From: Prochlorococcus sp. AG-363-O16
GTDB taxonomy: Bacteria > Cyanobacteriota > Cyanobacteriia > PCC-6307 > Cyanobiaceae
Assembly (NCBI GenBank): GCA_003280095.1
Contig: QCGA01000004.1
Span: 151-64,150 of the forward strand
DNA: 64,000 bases
Direction of reading: 5' to 3'
The translations under genes and the position numbers were made by a program. How positions within the stretch are numbered: position 1 is the first letter of the stretch; each line of letters opens with the position of its first letter. The notes under the pieces are model-generated. The model saw nothing but the letters and a program-made list of their open reading frames with translations, searched no databases and was not told the origin of the DNA. Below, one piece after another: positions 1 to 8,910 of this stretch.

Positions 1-1
1 G

Positions 2-169
2 ATTTCAGTCAAACGGTCCAAGACAGTTGCTCAGAAAAAGAGGGAAGGACGCAATGAGTTGATAAAGATTTCCGTTTATCTAGATACGCCGAAAATCCTT
101 GGCATTGCCTCCATCGGAGTAATTGCAGCGTCAGGCTTGATTACTTTCTTTGCCTTCATTGCAGGTTAA
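2..169 (+). CDS. 3' end of a CDS entering from upstream of the window; hydrophobic C-terminal tail (..GIASIGVIAASGLITFFAFIAG*)
   Basis: Frame is open from position 2 to TAA at 167-169. It is absent from the ORF track because it has no start in the window. Function unknown. Confidence 0.3.
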   Translation: MSVKRSKTVAQKKREGRNELIKISVYLDTPKILGIASIGVIAASGLITFFAFIAG

Positions 170-278
170 TCAAAGAGGATCTCTACAAATTCCTTCCTTT
201 CTATGTATGACCCGTTGATATTCAGATAAAGGCTCTTTCGCGATGCTTGAATAGTGTCATATCCATAGAGGGGAATCA

Positions 279-851
279 GTGCTAAGAGAAAGAGTTAAAG
301 AGATTGTAGATTTTGCTACGAGCGAATCCCCTTATCGGTCTGCCAATAAAGGGTGGCTAAGTAACGACGTCTATTTGCAATGGGGAGGAGACATTAAGCA
401 AAAACAACCCTCCAAGGAATTAGATCAATTTGTAAAAGCTTCTATTTATTGGAAACCAATACTGCAAATAGCTTCATTTGCTTTTCTAGTTATTTGTATT
501 GGTACAACTTTGGCATTTGCACCTGTTTATTTGTCTAGTAACAGGATTAGTTCTCTTGGTTTATTAAGTCAACCCTCAACTCCTCTTGAACAAATTAGAG
601 ATTCTGATGAGATTAAGCTTGAAAGAGTTGACGTTGCTGTCGAATCAATTCCTCCTGAGCAAATTAGAGATTCTGATGAGATAAAGCTTGAAAGAGTTGA
701 CGTTGCTGTCGAATCAACTTCTCTCCAGCAAACAAGAGATGCCGGCGCACCAAGTAATGAAAGGTTGCTGGTTGTGCGTAAACAGCCTAATAATTCCCCA
801 AGTCTTAAAAAGACTGTTACCGCTACAGACCTTTTTCAATCTAGACAATGA
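279..851 (+). CDS. hypothetical protein with one central TM helix and an internal 23-aa tandem duplication
   Basis: 190-aa ORF. Hydrophobic stretch ILQIASFAFLVICIGTTLAFAPVYL. Duplicated EQIRDSDEIKLERVDVAVES segment. Confidence 0.45.
   Translation: MLRERVKEIVDFATSESPYRSANKGWLSNDVYLQWGGDIKQKQPSKELDQFVKASIYWKPILQIASFAFLVICIGTTLAFAPVYLSSNRISSLGLLSQPSTPLEQIRDSDEIKLERVDVAVESIPPEQIRDSDEIKLERVDVAVESTSLQQTRDAGAPSNERLLVVRKQPNNSPSLKKTVTATDLFQSRQ
588..725. repeat. 69-bp tandem direct repeat, 2 copies, in frame inside ORF 279..851
   Basis: The core at 591-648 is repeated at 660-717 with a single mismatch. The period is 69 nt. Confidence 0.9.
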
Positions 852-984
852 TAAGGATGCAAATAGTGCCTGTTCAGAATCCCTTGAACCAATCATCTGA
901 CTTCTTAAGCTATTCTAATAGGTACAAGTGCCTACACTGAAACTGCTGAATGGTTGAGGGGTCTTAGAGAGGGTACTGCTGGAT

Positions 985-1371
985 TTGTTCTTCAGGAGGT
1001 TGTTTGTGACTACTTTTTTTTTACCAATGGGAACAAAGGTTGGAATTGATCTTGATGAAGTTCGTGATCACCTCCCGATTGAATTGATGAATAAGCTTGG
1101 GGATGATCCTTGGGGAGTAGTAGTTGGATACAAAATCACAGATGGACAGAGTTTTGGAATGGTTCTAGAACTTAGTGATGGCTCGAAAAATTGGTTTTTT
1201 AATGATGAATTGCAAATTGAATCAATTGAGGATCCAAGTCCTCAAGCAATTGCCCAGCCTAAAAAACAAGATTTTATCGATTTATCAATCGCAGGCAGTT
1301 CAATTCTGGAGCTTCTAAACCCTTTATATTTTTGGAGATGGCTCAACTATTCTCTTAAAGATGTTTTTTGA
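985..1371 (+). CDS. hypothetical small protein; the ATG at 1027 is the more likely start
   Basis: ORF track entry. The segment GVVVGYKITDGQSFGMVLELSDGSKNWFFNDEL resembles small conserved cyanobacterial proteins, but I cannot name the family with confidence. Confidence 0.5.
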   Translation: MFFRRLFVTTFFLPMGTKVGIDLDEVRDHLPIELMNKLGDDPWGVVVGYKITDGQSFGMVLELSDGSKNWFFNDELQIESIEDPSPQAIAQPKKQDFIDLSIAGSSILELLNPLYFWRWLNYSLKDVF

Positions 1372-1608
1372 GTAAATTTCTTATAAACAATTAATCCATA
1401 AGACTTAATTAGTGGTGAAAGCTATACGCAACTTTGATTTTTTCTTGTCCTTAGTTATTTTTTTGTTCTTTACAATAAGGAATTATACTTAAAGTGACAA
1501 AATAAGTTATCTAGCTATAGGACTGGTTGGATACATTCAAATTAATAAAACTATTGGAAAAAGAGACTTTCCTCGGTACTATTTAATTAAGTAGTCAATG
1601 TAATTAAG

Positions 1609-1782
1609 ATGCGGATGCTTTCAACTGACACTCGTCGTAGGCTTGAAGAGATCATCGATCGACTTGGAAGTGGTGAATCTGTTAGCTTGGAGGAGCGAAT
1701 TCAGCTTAAGAAATATTCAACTCATATCCCATTTATTGCGGGTAAGGTTGCTCAAGCTCATCGCAGGAGAGAGGCTCTTTAA
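1609..1782 (+). CDS. 57-aa charged helical protein (MRMLSTDTRRRLEEIIDRLGSGESVSLEERIQLKKYSTHIPFIAGKVAQAHRRREAL)
   Basis: ATG at 1609 and TAA at 1780-1782. It falls below the 60-aa track cut-off. Its composition looks protein-like, unlike the overlapping track ORF 1643..1831 in another frame. Confidence 0.45.
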   Translation: MRMLSTDTRRRLEEIIDRLGSGESVSLEERIQLKKYSTHIPFIAGKVAQAHRRREAL

Positions 1783-2070
1783 TCAAGGTTTACAGTCATT
1801 GACTTTTTTATCTTATTCGTCTCTGCCTTAGATCCTCGTGATTAAATAAAGATCAGTTTTCAGACCTCAAGTCAATTCTTGTTTATGTTTGCGAGAAAAA
1901 GTACTTACAATAGTTCAAATTGCTTGTAATCCTCGAGATTAGAGCAAATAACTAACAAGTTAAAAAAATCCAGAGAATGAATTGATTGCTATGATTTATT
2001 CTATTTACAACAACTATTTAATTAGCACTTTTCTACTTATAAAGTAGATCAATCTCACTCCTGTTATTTT

Positions 2071-2568
2071 ATGGATGATATCTTTTCATTGCCTAGCTTC
2101 CAGCAGCTTTTAGAGTTAGAAAAAACTGCAAAAGAAAAAGGAAGTAAGATTGAAATAGAATCGCTTATCGGATCTTGGAAATTCTACTCTGTTTGGCAGA
2201 AAGGCAAAGACAATCAAGACTCTCTTTCTAGCTTAATACTGCGATTGATCTCTGCAAATTTGGATCTTCTTCTAGACAAGAAAGACGAGGAAAGTATGCC
2301 TTTAGTAATTATAAATTCTGTGAAATTTATTTTGATTTCAATTAAATTTTTAGGGCGAGCAGAATTGATTGGTGATCAGCCTAGGTTGTCTTTTTTCTTT
2401 GATTTTCTGGAAGTAAGATTTGGGAAAATACCTTTGTTCAATAGTTCAATTGATGTCCCTCAGAAGAAAGATAGACCTTTCTTCTCCCTTATAGCGTTAG
2501 ATGAGGAAGGGAAATGGCTTGCATCTAGAGGGCGTGGAGGAGGCATGGCTGTTTGGCTAAAAGAATAA
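2071..2568 (+). CDS. hypothetical protein, possibly fibrillin/PAP-like
   Basis: 165-aa ORF. The C-terminal pattern LDEEGKWLASRGRGGGMAVWLKE recalls the ..LD..lRisRG..G..fVL end of fibrillin-type domains. The functional call is weak. Confidence 0.5.
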   Translation: MDDIFSLPSFQQLLELEKTAKEKGSKIEIESLIGSWKFYSVWQKGKDNQDSLSSLILRLISANLDLLLDKKDEESMPLVIINSVKFILISIKFLGRAELIGDQPRLSFFFDFLEVRFGKIPLFNSSIDVPQKKDRPFFSLIALDEEGKWLASRGRGGGMAVWLKE

Positions 2569-2965
2569 GAGCACCTAGAATACTTTGTAGAGAATTGCAA
2601 GATTGAATGCTAGGATTTTTTGGGATTTATACTATGTTAGATTTTTGAAGTTTAATCTGGAATATAAGTTATTATTTTTGCTGTCTATCCTAGGTAATTT
2701 GAAAATTTATGGATAAGAAAAGAGCTGTTACTTTGTTGATGATTTCTTCATATTTTCTGCTGCTATCATTTTTCACAGGCTTTTTTTTTATCTAGATAAG
2801 CTTAGGAAGTCGTATATTATTCCGGATGAATCGCGTCTTGTCACTCCCAATCAAAATAAAGTTCTAGAAAGAAAAGAAGAAGCCAAACAGTATCCTGATG
2901 ATCTTAAGAGATATAATGAGTTAAAGCATAATATAATTCAATTAGAAAATGAAACATTATTTTTT

Positions 2966-3322
2966 TTGATTTTCAATGGGAATACTCTTATAAATCAAAC
3001 TTCTCGTTTGAAAATAAATTATCCAAAATATATGAATTTCGTAGCTAATGAAATAAAGATTTGTTCGGCAGATCATCAGAATAATGAATACACTTGGAAT
3101 TGCGAACAAAATAAATTTCGTCAAAGTGAAATTACAATTGATAATCTATTTATAGAAATTCTAACTTCTGGCCCACTTGTAAAAGAAGAAGATTATGCAA
3201 TTTTAATCAGATCTCAAGCTGTTTTTATGCCTGGGACATATCAAATTAATTTATTTTCGGCTGATAAATCTCAGAACCTCGAAGACAATTATCTAGGTAG
3301 CTGGAGAATCCAAATGCTCTGA
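2966..3322 (+). CDS. hypothetical protein; probably the 3' part of a longer gene interrupted at a T9 tract (see findings)
   Basis: The frame is open from 2717, but there is no ATG, GTG or TTG before 2966. A 28-codon signal-anchor ORF at 2709..2795 lies one frame away, across T9 at 2781-2789. Confidence 0.4.
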   Translation: MIFNGNTLINQTSRLKINYPKYMNFVANEIKICSADHQNNEYTWNCEQNKFRQSEITIDNLFIEILTSGPLVKEEDYAILIRSQAVFMPGTYQINLFSADKSQNLEDNYLGSWRIQML

Positions 3323-3401
3323 AGGAACTTGTCAATGCATTCCGAATTAGATGAATCAATCTAATGAAGAGTAATAGGATTAAAAAGAAATAATTTAATT
3401 A

Positions 3402-4745
3402 GTGATTAATTTTCGAGCCTTTAAGCCTAAAAGAGATAAAATTGAAGGAGAGATTTTTTTGTCAGTGTCAATAGCAAATGATTTACTTGTAAGGGCTGAC
3501 CTGGCAGAACACACTGTAAATAATCTAATTGGTGGAGATGAAGAGACGCTAACCTATTATATTCATGATGTATATGGATATGTTACTCCTCTTGGTGGTG
3601 GTTATGCTAATACTTTGATTCACAATAATACAGAAGAGTCATATATAGAGTCAGTATTTAATTTAATAGATTCTAAAATTGATTTAGATTTCCAGAGAAT
3701 GTACCATTACTATGGTTCAGATATAGATATTTATTCTGTTTCTTCTCATAGTAATTGGGATCATTTGGTTGTAGGCACAGCATGGGCTATGACCGCTGAT
3801 AGATATTATTGGTGGGATGTTGCATGGACAGATTCAGGTAATTGGAATTTCGATAAAAATACAATCATTCATGAGATTGGTCACACACTTGGTTTGGGGC
3901 ATCCAGGTGGTGAGGGACATAATCCCGATTACAATTCTCAAGATACCGTGATGTCTTACAACGAAGGTATTAATGGATGGTCGCATATTTGGACCGATTT
4001 AGATATAGAGGCACTTGTGAGTATTTGGGGAGTTGAAAATGATTCTCATGGAGAAAATGATTTAAGAGTTGGTAGTGATAGTAATGATGTGATATTTGCG
4101 GGAGTTGGGAATGACACTATTTATGGTTATGAAGGTTTAGATACTCTTATCGGAGGATCTGGTTCCGACTATGTTTACGGTGGCGATGGTAATGACAGCA
4201 TTAGAGGAGGTTCCGGTAGTGATTACTTAAATGGAGGTAGATGGAGCTACTCTGACCGAATTGTCGCTGGAGAGGGTGACGACTTTCTCGGAGGAGGAGG
4301 AGGACCCGATTTCCTTTTTGGAAATAATGGAATTGATGAAATAAGGGCTGGACATGGTAAGGATTATTTAGATGGTGGGGATGGGGCAGACATCCTTTAT
4401 GGAGGCGGCGGAGGCAATACCTTTGCTTCAGAATTAGATAAATCCATAGATAAGTTATATGTTATGAGCGATTTTCGAGGTCATGCTTACTCTTGGGGGC
4501 GAAATCATGGTGGTATTAATGCAGATGTTATTACTGAGTTAGATGTTGATGACAGAATCACTATTCTTGGTACAAGTGATTCTGACCTTTCTTTTAAAGC
4601 TGTTGCAGGAGGAACTTTTAATCAATCCACTGACGGCATAGGGATTTTTGATGGTGATTCGTTAGAAGCCATTTATATAGGAGCAAACCTCTCTGTTCAT
4701 CAGATAGATGGCATTACAGATGCTGATCCATCAAGATTTTGGTAA
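3402..4745 (+). CDS. secreted zinc metalloprotease of the metzincin/serralysin type with C-terminal RTX (GGxGxD) calcium-binding repeats
   Basis: HEIGHTLGLGH motif (nt ~3870-3902). Met-turn DTVMSY. About 10 nonapeptide repeats follow (GVGNDTIYG, GGSGSDYVYGGDGNDSIRGGSGSDYLNGG, GGDGADILYGGGGGNTF; nt ~4065-4422). No N-terminal signal peptide, which fits C-terminal type I secretion. Confidence 0.85.
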   Translation: MINFRAFKPKRDKIEGEIFLSVSIANDLLVRADLAEHTVNNLIGGDEETLTYYIHDVYGYVTPLGGGYANTLIHNNTEESYIESVFNLIDSKIDLDFQRMYHYYGSDIDIYSVSSHSNWDHLVVGTAWAMTADRYYWWDVAWTDSGNWNFDKNTIIHEIGHTLGLGHPGGEGHNPDYNSQDTVMSYNEGINGWSHIWTDLDIEALVSIWGVENDSHGENDLRVGSDSNDVIFAGVGNDTIYGYEGLDTLIGGSGSDYVYGGDGNDSIRGGSGSDYLNGGRWSYSDRIVAGEGDDFLGGGGGPDFLFGNNGIDEIRAGHGKDYLDGGDGADILYGGGGGNTFASELDKSIDKLYVMSDFRGHAYSWGRNHGGINADVITELDVDDRITILGTSDSDLSFKAVAGGTFNQSTDGIGIFDGDSLEAIYIGANLSVHQIDGITDADPSRFW

Positions 4746-4828
4746 AGAAGCTTTCTTATTAGCTTCAATATCAGAATCTATGGCTGGTTTTAACATAAGT
4801 TAAATGCTATTTCGTCTGTTTGATGATC

Positions 4829-4957
4829 ATGGCAAATCTTAAAACTGAGAATTCTCAAGAGGCGAAATCCTGGAAATTGTGGTTGTTTGTTTTGGGCTTA
4901 AATTTGCTGGGATGGATAGGTTGGTATTTTGTTCATAATGCCCCATCGAAATGGTGA
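4829..4957 (+). CDS. 42-aa single-TM peptide (MANLKTENSQEAKSWKLWLFVLGLNLLGWIGWYFVHNAPSKW)
   Basis: ATG at 4829 and TGA at 4955-4957. It falls below the track cut-off. One clear hydrophobic helix. Confidence 0.3.
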   Translation: MANLKTENSQEAKSWKLWLFVLGLNLLGWIGWYFVHNAPSKW

Positions 4958-5431
4958 AATTAAAAAATCTATTTATTTTATTTTTAACGAATTCATTTAT
5001 AATCACCGTTATTAGTATAACTAATGAATTTGCACTCTCTCGTGGTTTGTTTTTAACAACATACTAGATTGATTAGGAATCTACTTTTTTTAAATTAGAT
5101 TTAACCACTAGTATTATCTAAGTGATAATTAAATTATATATATGTTCTGAAGAATTTTTTTGATATATCTAGTTAAAGTTGATTCGAGTATTTACCATCA
5201 TTTCCCTATAAGAGAAATGATGTTTCTAGGTTATTTCTCTAGGTTTGATACAGGGAAAAACACTTAGGTCTAATCGCTAGGGGCGAAACACTCGAGCGTT
5301 AACACGCATTTACAGATCCAGCCAGTATTGGTTAAACCAGAAAAAGGAAGATAGTTGAGCTTTCAAAGCTCGACAATCATAAGGCTTGATACAGCCTTTA
5401 TGACCTACAGCCTTGCCTGCATAGAAAAACC

Positions 5432-5698
5432 TTGGAGTTTAATGAAATGAACAGTCAATTTTCAAAAGAAAAGCAGGCGAAGAGTTCAAGTGAAAACTTA
5501 GTTAGACCCATACATAGGAATGATTTTCATCGTAGACGTTTTGTAGAGATGAAACGAAGGTCTCTAAGCTTGCAATCTAGAAGAAGTCAGTTACAGAAAG
5601 AATTAAAATCCATTGAAAATTGTATTTTCTCTCTAGATAAGCAATTACAAAACTATTCAGACTTTGAAAAGTATTCAATTGGTGGCCGAAGAGAATGA
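5432..5698 (+). CDS. hypothetical basic coiled-coil protein
   Basis: 88-aa ORF rich in R, K, E and Q. An alternative ATG lies at 5444. Confidence 0.4.
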   Translation: MEFNEMNSQFSKEKQAKSSSENLVRPIHRNDFHRRRFVEMKRRSLSLQSRRSQLQKELKSIENCIFSLDKQLQNYSDFEKYSIGGRRE

Positions 5699-5906
5699 GT
5701 TTCTATTTTGCTAATTCAATCTTTACTTGATTTTGTCGAAAACCTTGGTTAAGTCTAATATCATTATTTTCTGAGCTTTAGCAAATAAATATTTAAAAGG
5801 TAGCTTTACAAAAAAATAGATTGTGAACGATATTGTCTGTAATCCTCACAAGAGGATCTTTATTATTTCCTCAATTGGAGTTTGCTAGATTTTATAGTAG
5901 GTTTTA

Positions 5907-6368
5907 TTGGAAAGTGTGCTAAAAGAGCTTATAGAAGAGTTTGGAAGAGATGTCATGAGTCATCTTTTTACAATTAGGCCACGGCCTAAGACTCCTTTGA
6001 AAGCTTTTGAAAAGGCATTGAAACAAGCGAATCTTTCCAAGAGTGAGGAAGAGTTGATTGAGTACATTAGATATACAGGCTGTTTTACTCAGGTTAGTTT
6101 GACTCAAGCTCTAAAATTGAGGACAAAACCTCCAGCTCTTTCGATACTTTGTCGGATTTGTAGCAAGATCGGTGCAAATTTCCCTGAGCACTTTGCTGCA
6201 GTGCGTCAATGGTCTATGGAAGTTAATGAATATGGGATCTCATGGGATGGTGATCTTATTTGCAGTACGGCATTGAATATTGATGGTAAAAGATTAACCC
6301 CAGAAGCTGGAACAACCCAGTACCACACTTTTGTTGTGCATCAAGAGCTATTTCAAGGGTTAAATTAA
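5907..6368 (+). CDS. hypothetical protein
   Basis: 153-aa ORF with balanced composition. No motif recognised. Confidence 0.5.
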   Translation: MESVLKELIEEFGRDVMSHLFTIRPRPKTPLKAFEKALKQANLSKSEEELIEYIRYTGCFTQVSLTQALKLRTKPPALSILCRICSKIGANFPEHFAAVRQWSMEVNEYGISWDGDLICSTALNIDGKRLTPEAGTTQYHTFVVHQELFQGLN

Positions 6369-6479
6369 TTATTTTTCAAAGCCATATATTTTTATGGGTG
6401 TTAACTTGAATAATATCCTTTTCGAACTTTATTTTTATGTTATTATTTTAGATCTAATTAATGTTAGAGATTGTTTAAC

Positions 6480-7040
6480 CTATTTTTCGTGAATTTTTTC
6501 ACTCCGAACCTTAAGAAGGAGTTTCAATACTAACTCAGCATGATCTTGATATGTATAGGCTTCAGCTTCTTGGGGGCTTCCAAAATAGTTCAATGATTCC
6601 GATGAAACTGGCCAACCTAGTGGTTCCATTCCCTTTAGATTTTCATTGATATGTTGAAGTACATGAATATATTCGTGTGTTATTAATTTACATCTTACCA
6701 GTTGATTCATTGGCCTTGTCCCCAAGGTGAGTATGCCTAGTTGTCCGTGTAAAGCTTTATAAGTCGCGTCTTTGTTTGGCAATTCTGGTTCTCCAATAAA
6801 AGTTTTCACCCCTAGTTGATACCCCACTTTCATGATTTCGTCAGACAGCCATGGGTCATCAGTGCAACGTCTTTTTGCTGTTTGTTGTATAGAGTCAGAA
6901 TATTTTATGAGGTTAATTTTGGAATTCGAAGACTTAATCCTTTCTACATTTCTAGAACCGTTGCAACTGGTTGTTAAAACAATGGTTAGAGAGCTACTTA
7001 GGGTGAGGGCAAAAAAACATAAGATTTTAGAGCTAAACAT
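6480..7040 (-). CDS. putative lipoprotein with HExxH zinc-peptidase motif
   Basis: N-terminal signal peptide with lipobox-like LTTSC. HEYIH motif in ..LITHEYIHVLQH.. . Confidence 0.6.
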   Translation of the reverse strand: MFSSKILCFFALTLSSSLTIVLTTSCNGSRNVERIKSSNSKINLIKYSDSIQQTAKRRCTDDPWLSDEIMKVGYQLGVKTFIGEPELPNKDATYKALHGQLGILTLGTRPMNQLVRCKLITHEYIHVLQHINENLKGMEPLGWPVSSESLNYFGSPQEAEAYTYQDHAELVLKLLLKVRSEKIHEK

Positions 7041-7265
7041 TTGTTGAATCGGTCTTCTTTAATTGTAAAAAAGAAGTTTTTGTAGTTGTAGGTCTAAAAG
7101 CTTTCACAATTAGTCATCGTTGATTATTTGTATCAAATGAAACTATTCGATTTGATAAGCGTCGAAATGAGTATCAGAGGAAGGGAGAACACGGAAAAGA
7201 TGAAATAATTCTCACGTTTAGGTGGATTAACACCTATAACTAACCATGATTAGAACCTTTGGACT

Positions 7266-7586
7266 ATGTTTCGCAAAGAGGAAAAACAAGCATTGACTCG
7301 CCTTGCTGTTTTGTCAGTAGGTTGGGGGTTGGGGCTTGACCGATTTTATGAAGGGAAGATACGGGATGGATTCCTTTCTCTTATTGGTTGGGGATTGATC
7401 TTTGGAAGCCTAATGATCCTTTCTCCCTGTCATGGTTATGACTATGCAGCGGGAGGGAAGGACATGGCAACTATAACCGTGGATCGTCTAATTGTTGTGC
7501 CTTTGAGCTTAGGAATTTATGGAGCCATTTTGGTTCTTCGCAAGGGATTTCGTCTCTTACGTCAGTTTGAAACTGCTGAAGATTAA
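7266..7586 (+). CDS. TM2-domain-like small membrane protein
   Basis: 106 aa with two hydrophobic helices. GLGLDRFYEGK resembles the TM2-domain G.D.FY.G signature. Confidence 0.55.
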   Translation: MFRKEEKQALTRLAVLSVGWGLGLDRFYEGKIRDGFLSLIGWGLIFGSLMILSPCHGYDYAAGGKDMATITVDRLIVVPLSLGIYGAILVLRKGFRLLRQFETAED

Positions 7587-7683
7587 ACTTATTAAACAAA
7601 AATAAAAATTTCTTTAATGAAGTGCTGTGGGTAGTAGGAAACTAGTCTGAAGCAAAGCTTTAAGAGTCAACAAGAGCCTTGCA

Positions 7684-7708
7684 AAGGGAGTGAAACTTAC
7701 GCTCCCTT
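7684..7708. terminator. 7-bp GC-containing hairpin between convergent genes
   Basis: AAGGGAG (7684-7690) pairs with CTCCCTT (7702-7708). It lies between the end of ORF 7266..7586 (+) and rpsU (-). No clean U-run follows. Confidence 0.35.
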
Positions 7709-7791
7709 CTATTAATGTTCTCTTGATTTCAACCAATGAGATTGTCTTACCGCGTCTAAGGCTTTATCTTTAGGAGTTTTTGTAGTATTCC

Positions 7792-7968
7792 TCAGCGCCT
7801 ACGGCTTCTTCGCCGTTGCTGCAATTTGCGCTTGTATTTCTCTACAGGAGTCTCGTGATGCCGAATGCGCTTTAAATCAGAAAAAATTCCGGCTTTCGAG
7901 ACCTGACGCTTAAATCGCCGAAGAGCTGATTCAATCCCTTCGTTCTCTCCAACAGTGACTTGAGTCAA
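7792..7968 (-). CDS. rpsU: 30S ribosomal protein S21
   Basis: [40 protein letters not shown].. is a typical S21 sequence. The TTG at 7968 is preceded by GGAGG (7981-7977) at about 8 nt. The track ORF extends to 7983. Confidence 0.9.
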   Translation of the reverse strand: MTQVTVGENEGIESALRRFKRQVSKAGIFSDLKRIRHHETPVEKYKRKLQQRRRSRRR

Positions 7969-8233
7969 AAGCAAAACCTCCAATCGTCTAACTTACATAA
8001 TTGGGTAAACCAAAGCTCGTTTTAGGCCAATTTTTTGTGATTTCAAAGCAATTACACCAAGAGTTCAGAAATTTTGAAGCCATAGTTCGGCGCAAAACGA
8101 TACCCTTAAAAAAACCTAGAAAAAGATCCTAAGAGTTATTTAGGGCTTGAGCTCATATATGGAATCCCCAAGCTTGAAGAGCCTCTGCAGAAATACAATC
8201 TGAGCTCACACCTCCAAATCCAGGGTCAAACAT

Positions 8234-8878
8234 ATGGTGGAGCTGCTAGCACGTTATAAGAACAGCGGATTTGAGGCTGTTGCCGAAGGGGTTATGGAGT
8301 TCTTCGATCGACGACCTGACTTGCATCGGAGAGGCCAGGCATTTGGTGATGATCAATTTTCAAATTTAACTGAACCTGCCAAGGTTTCCACGGACATTAG
8401 TCTTGTGGCAATTGATAGGTCTGACCCTGAGGCATTTGCTTTGGCTGAGGTGATAATTCGAGGAGTTACAGCTGCATTGAGTCGATACCTTCTGGAACGC
8501 CCGCTTTTTAAAGAATGTTCCCCAAAGCAGTCCTTGTTTGTAAATCCAATTTTTAACATCCAGCGTTATGGACCTGGTGAAGGGTTCAAACGTTGGCATT
8601 GTGACTGGACTATAAGTAATGAGTTAACAGAACCGACTCATAGAGTTTTAGCTTGGATTCTTTATTGCAATGACATTGACTCTGCGGGAACCGAGTTCCA
8701 TTGGCAGGAACATTATGAATCTGCAGAGAAGGGGAAGCTAATTATTTTCCCCTCAGGTCTGTCTCATATTCATCGTGGGCGAGTTAATCATCAATGTACC
8801 AAAACCATTGCAACAGGTTGGATTAATGCAGGCAACCAAAATGAATATATTTCTCGTTTGGGTAGCGCTCAAGATTGA
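8234..8878 (+). CDS. putative 2OG-Fe(II) oxygenase superfamily protein
   Basis: HxD-like WHCDW, then a downstream H (SHIHRGR) and an R in a beta-rich C-terminal half. Call is by motif only. Confidence 0.55.
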   Translation: MVELLARYKNSGFEAVAEGVMEFFDRRPDLHRRGQAFGDDQFSNLTEPAKVSTDISLVAIDRSDPEAFALAEVIIRGVTAALSRYLLERPLFKECSPKQSLFVNPIFNIQRYGPGEGFKRWHCDWTISNELTEPTHRVLAWILYCNDIDSAGTEFHWQEHYESAEKGKLIIFPSGLSHIHRGRVNHQCTKTIATGWINAGNQNEYISRLGSAQD

Positions 8879-8910
8879 ATGAAAGATTTAAATAGTAGAG
8901 ATCATTACAG

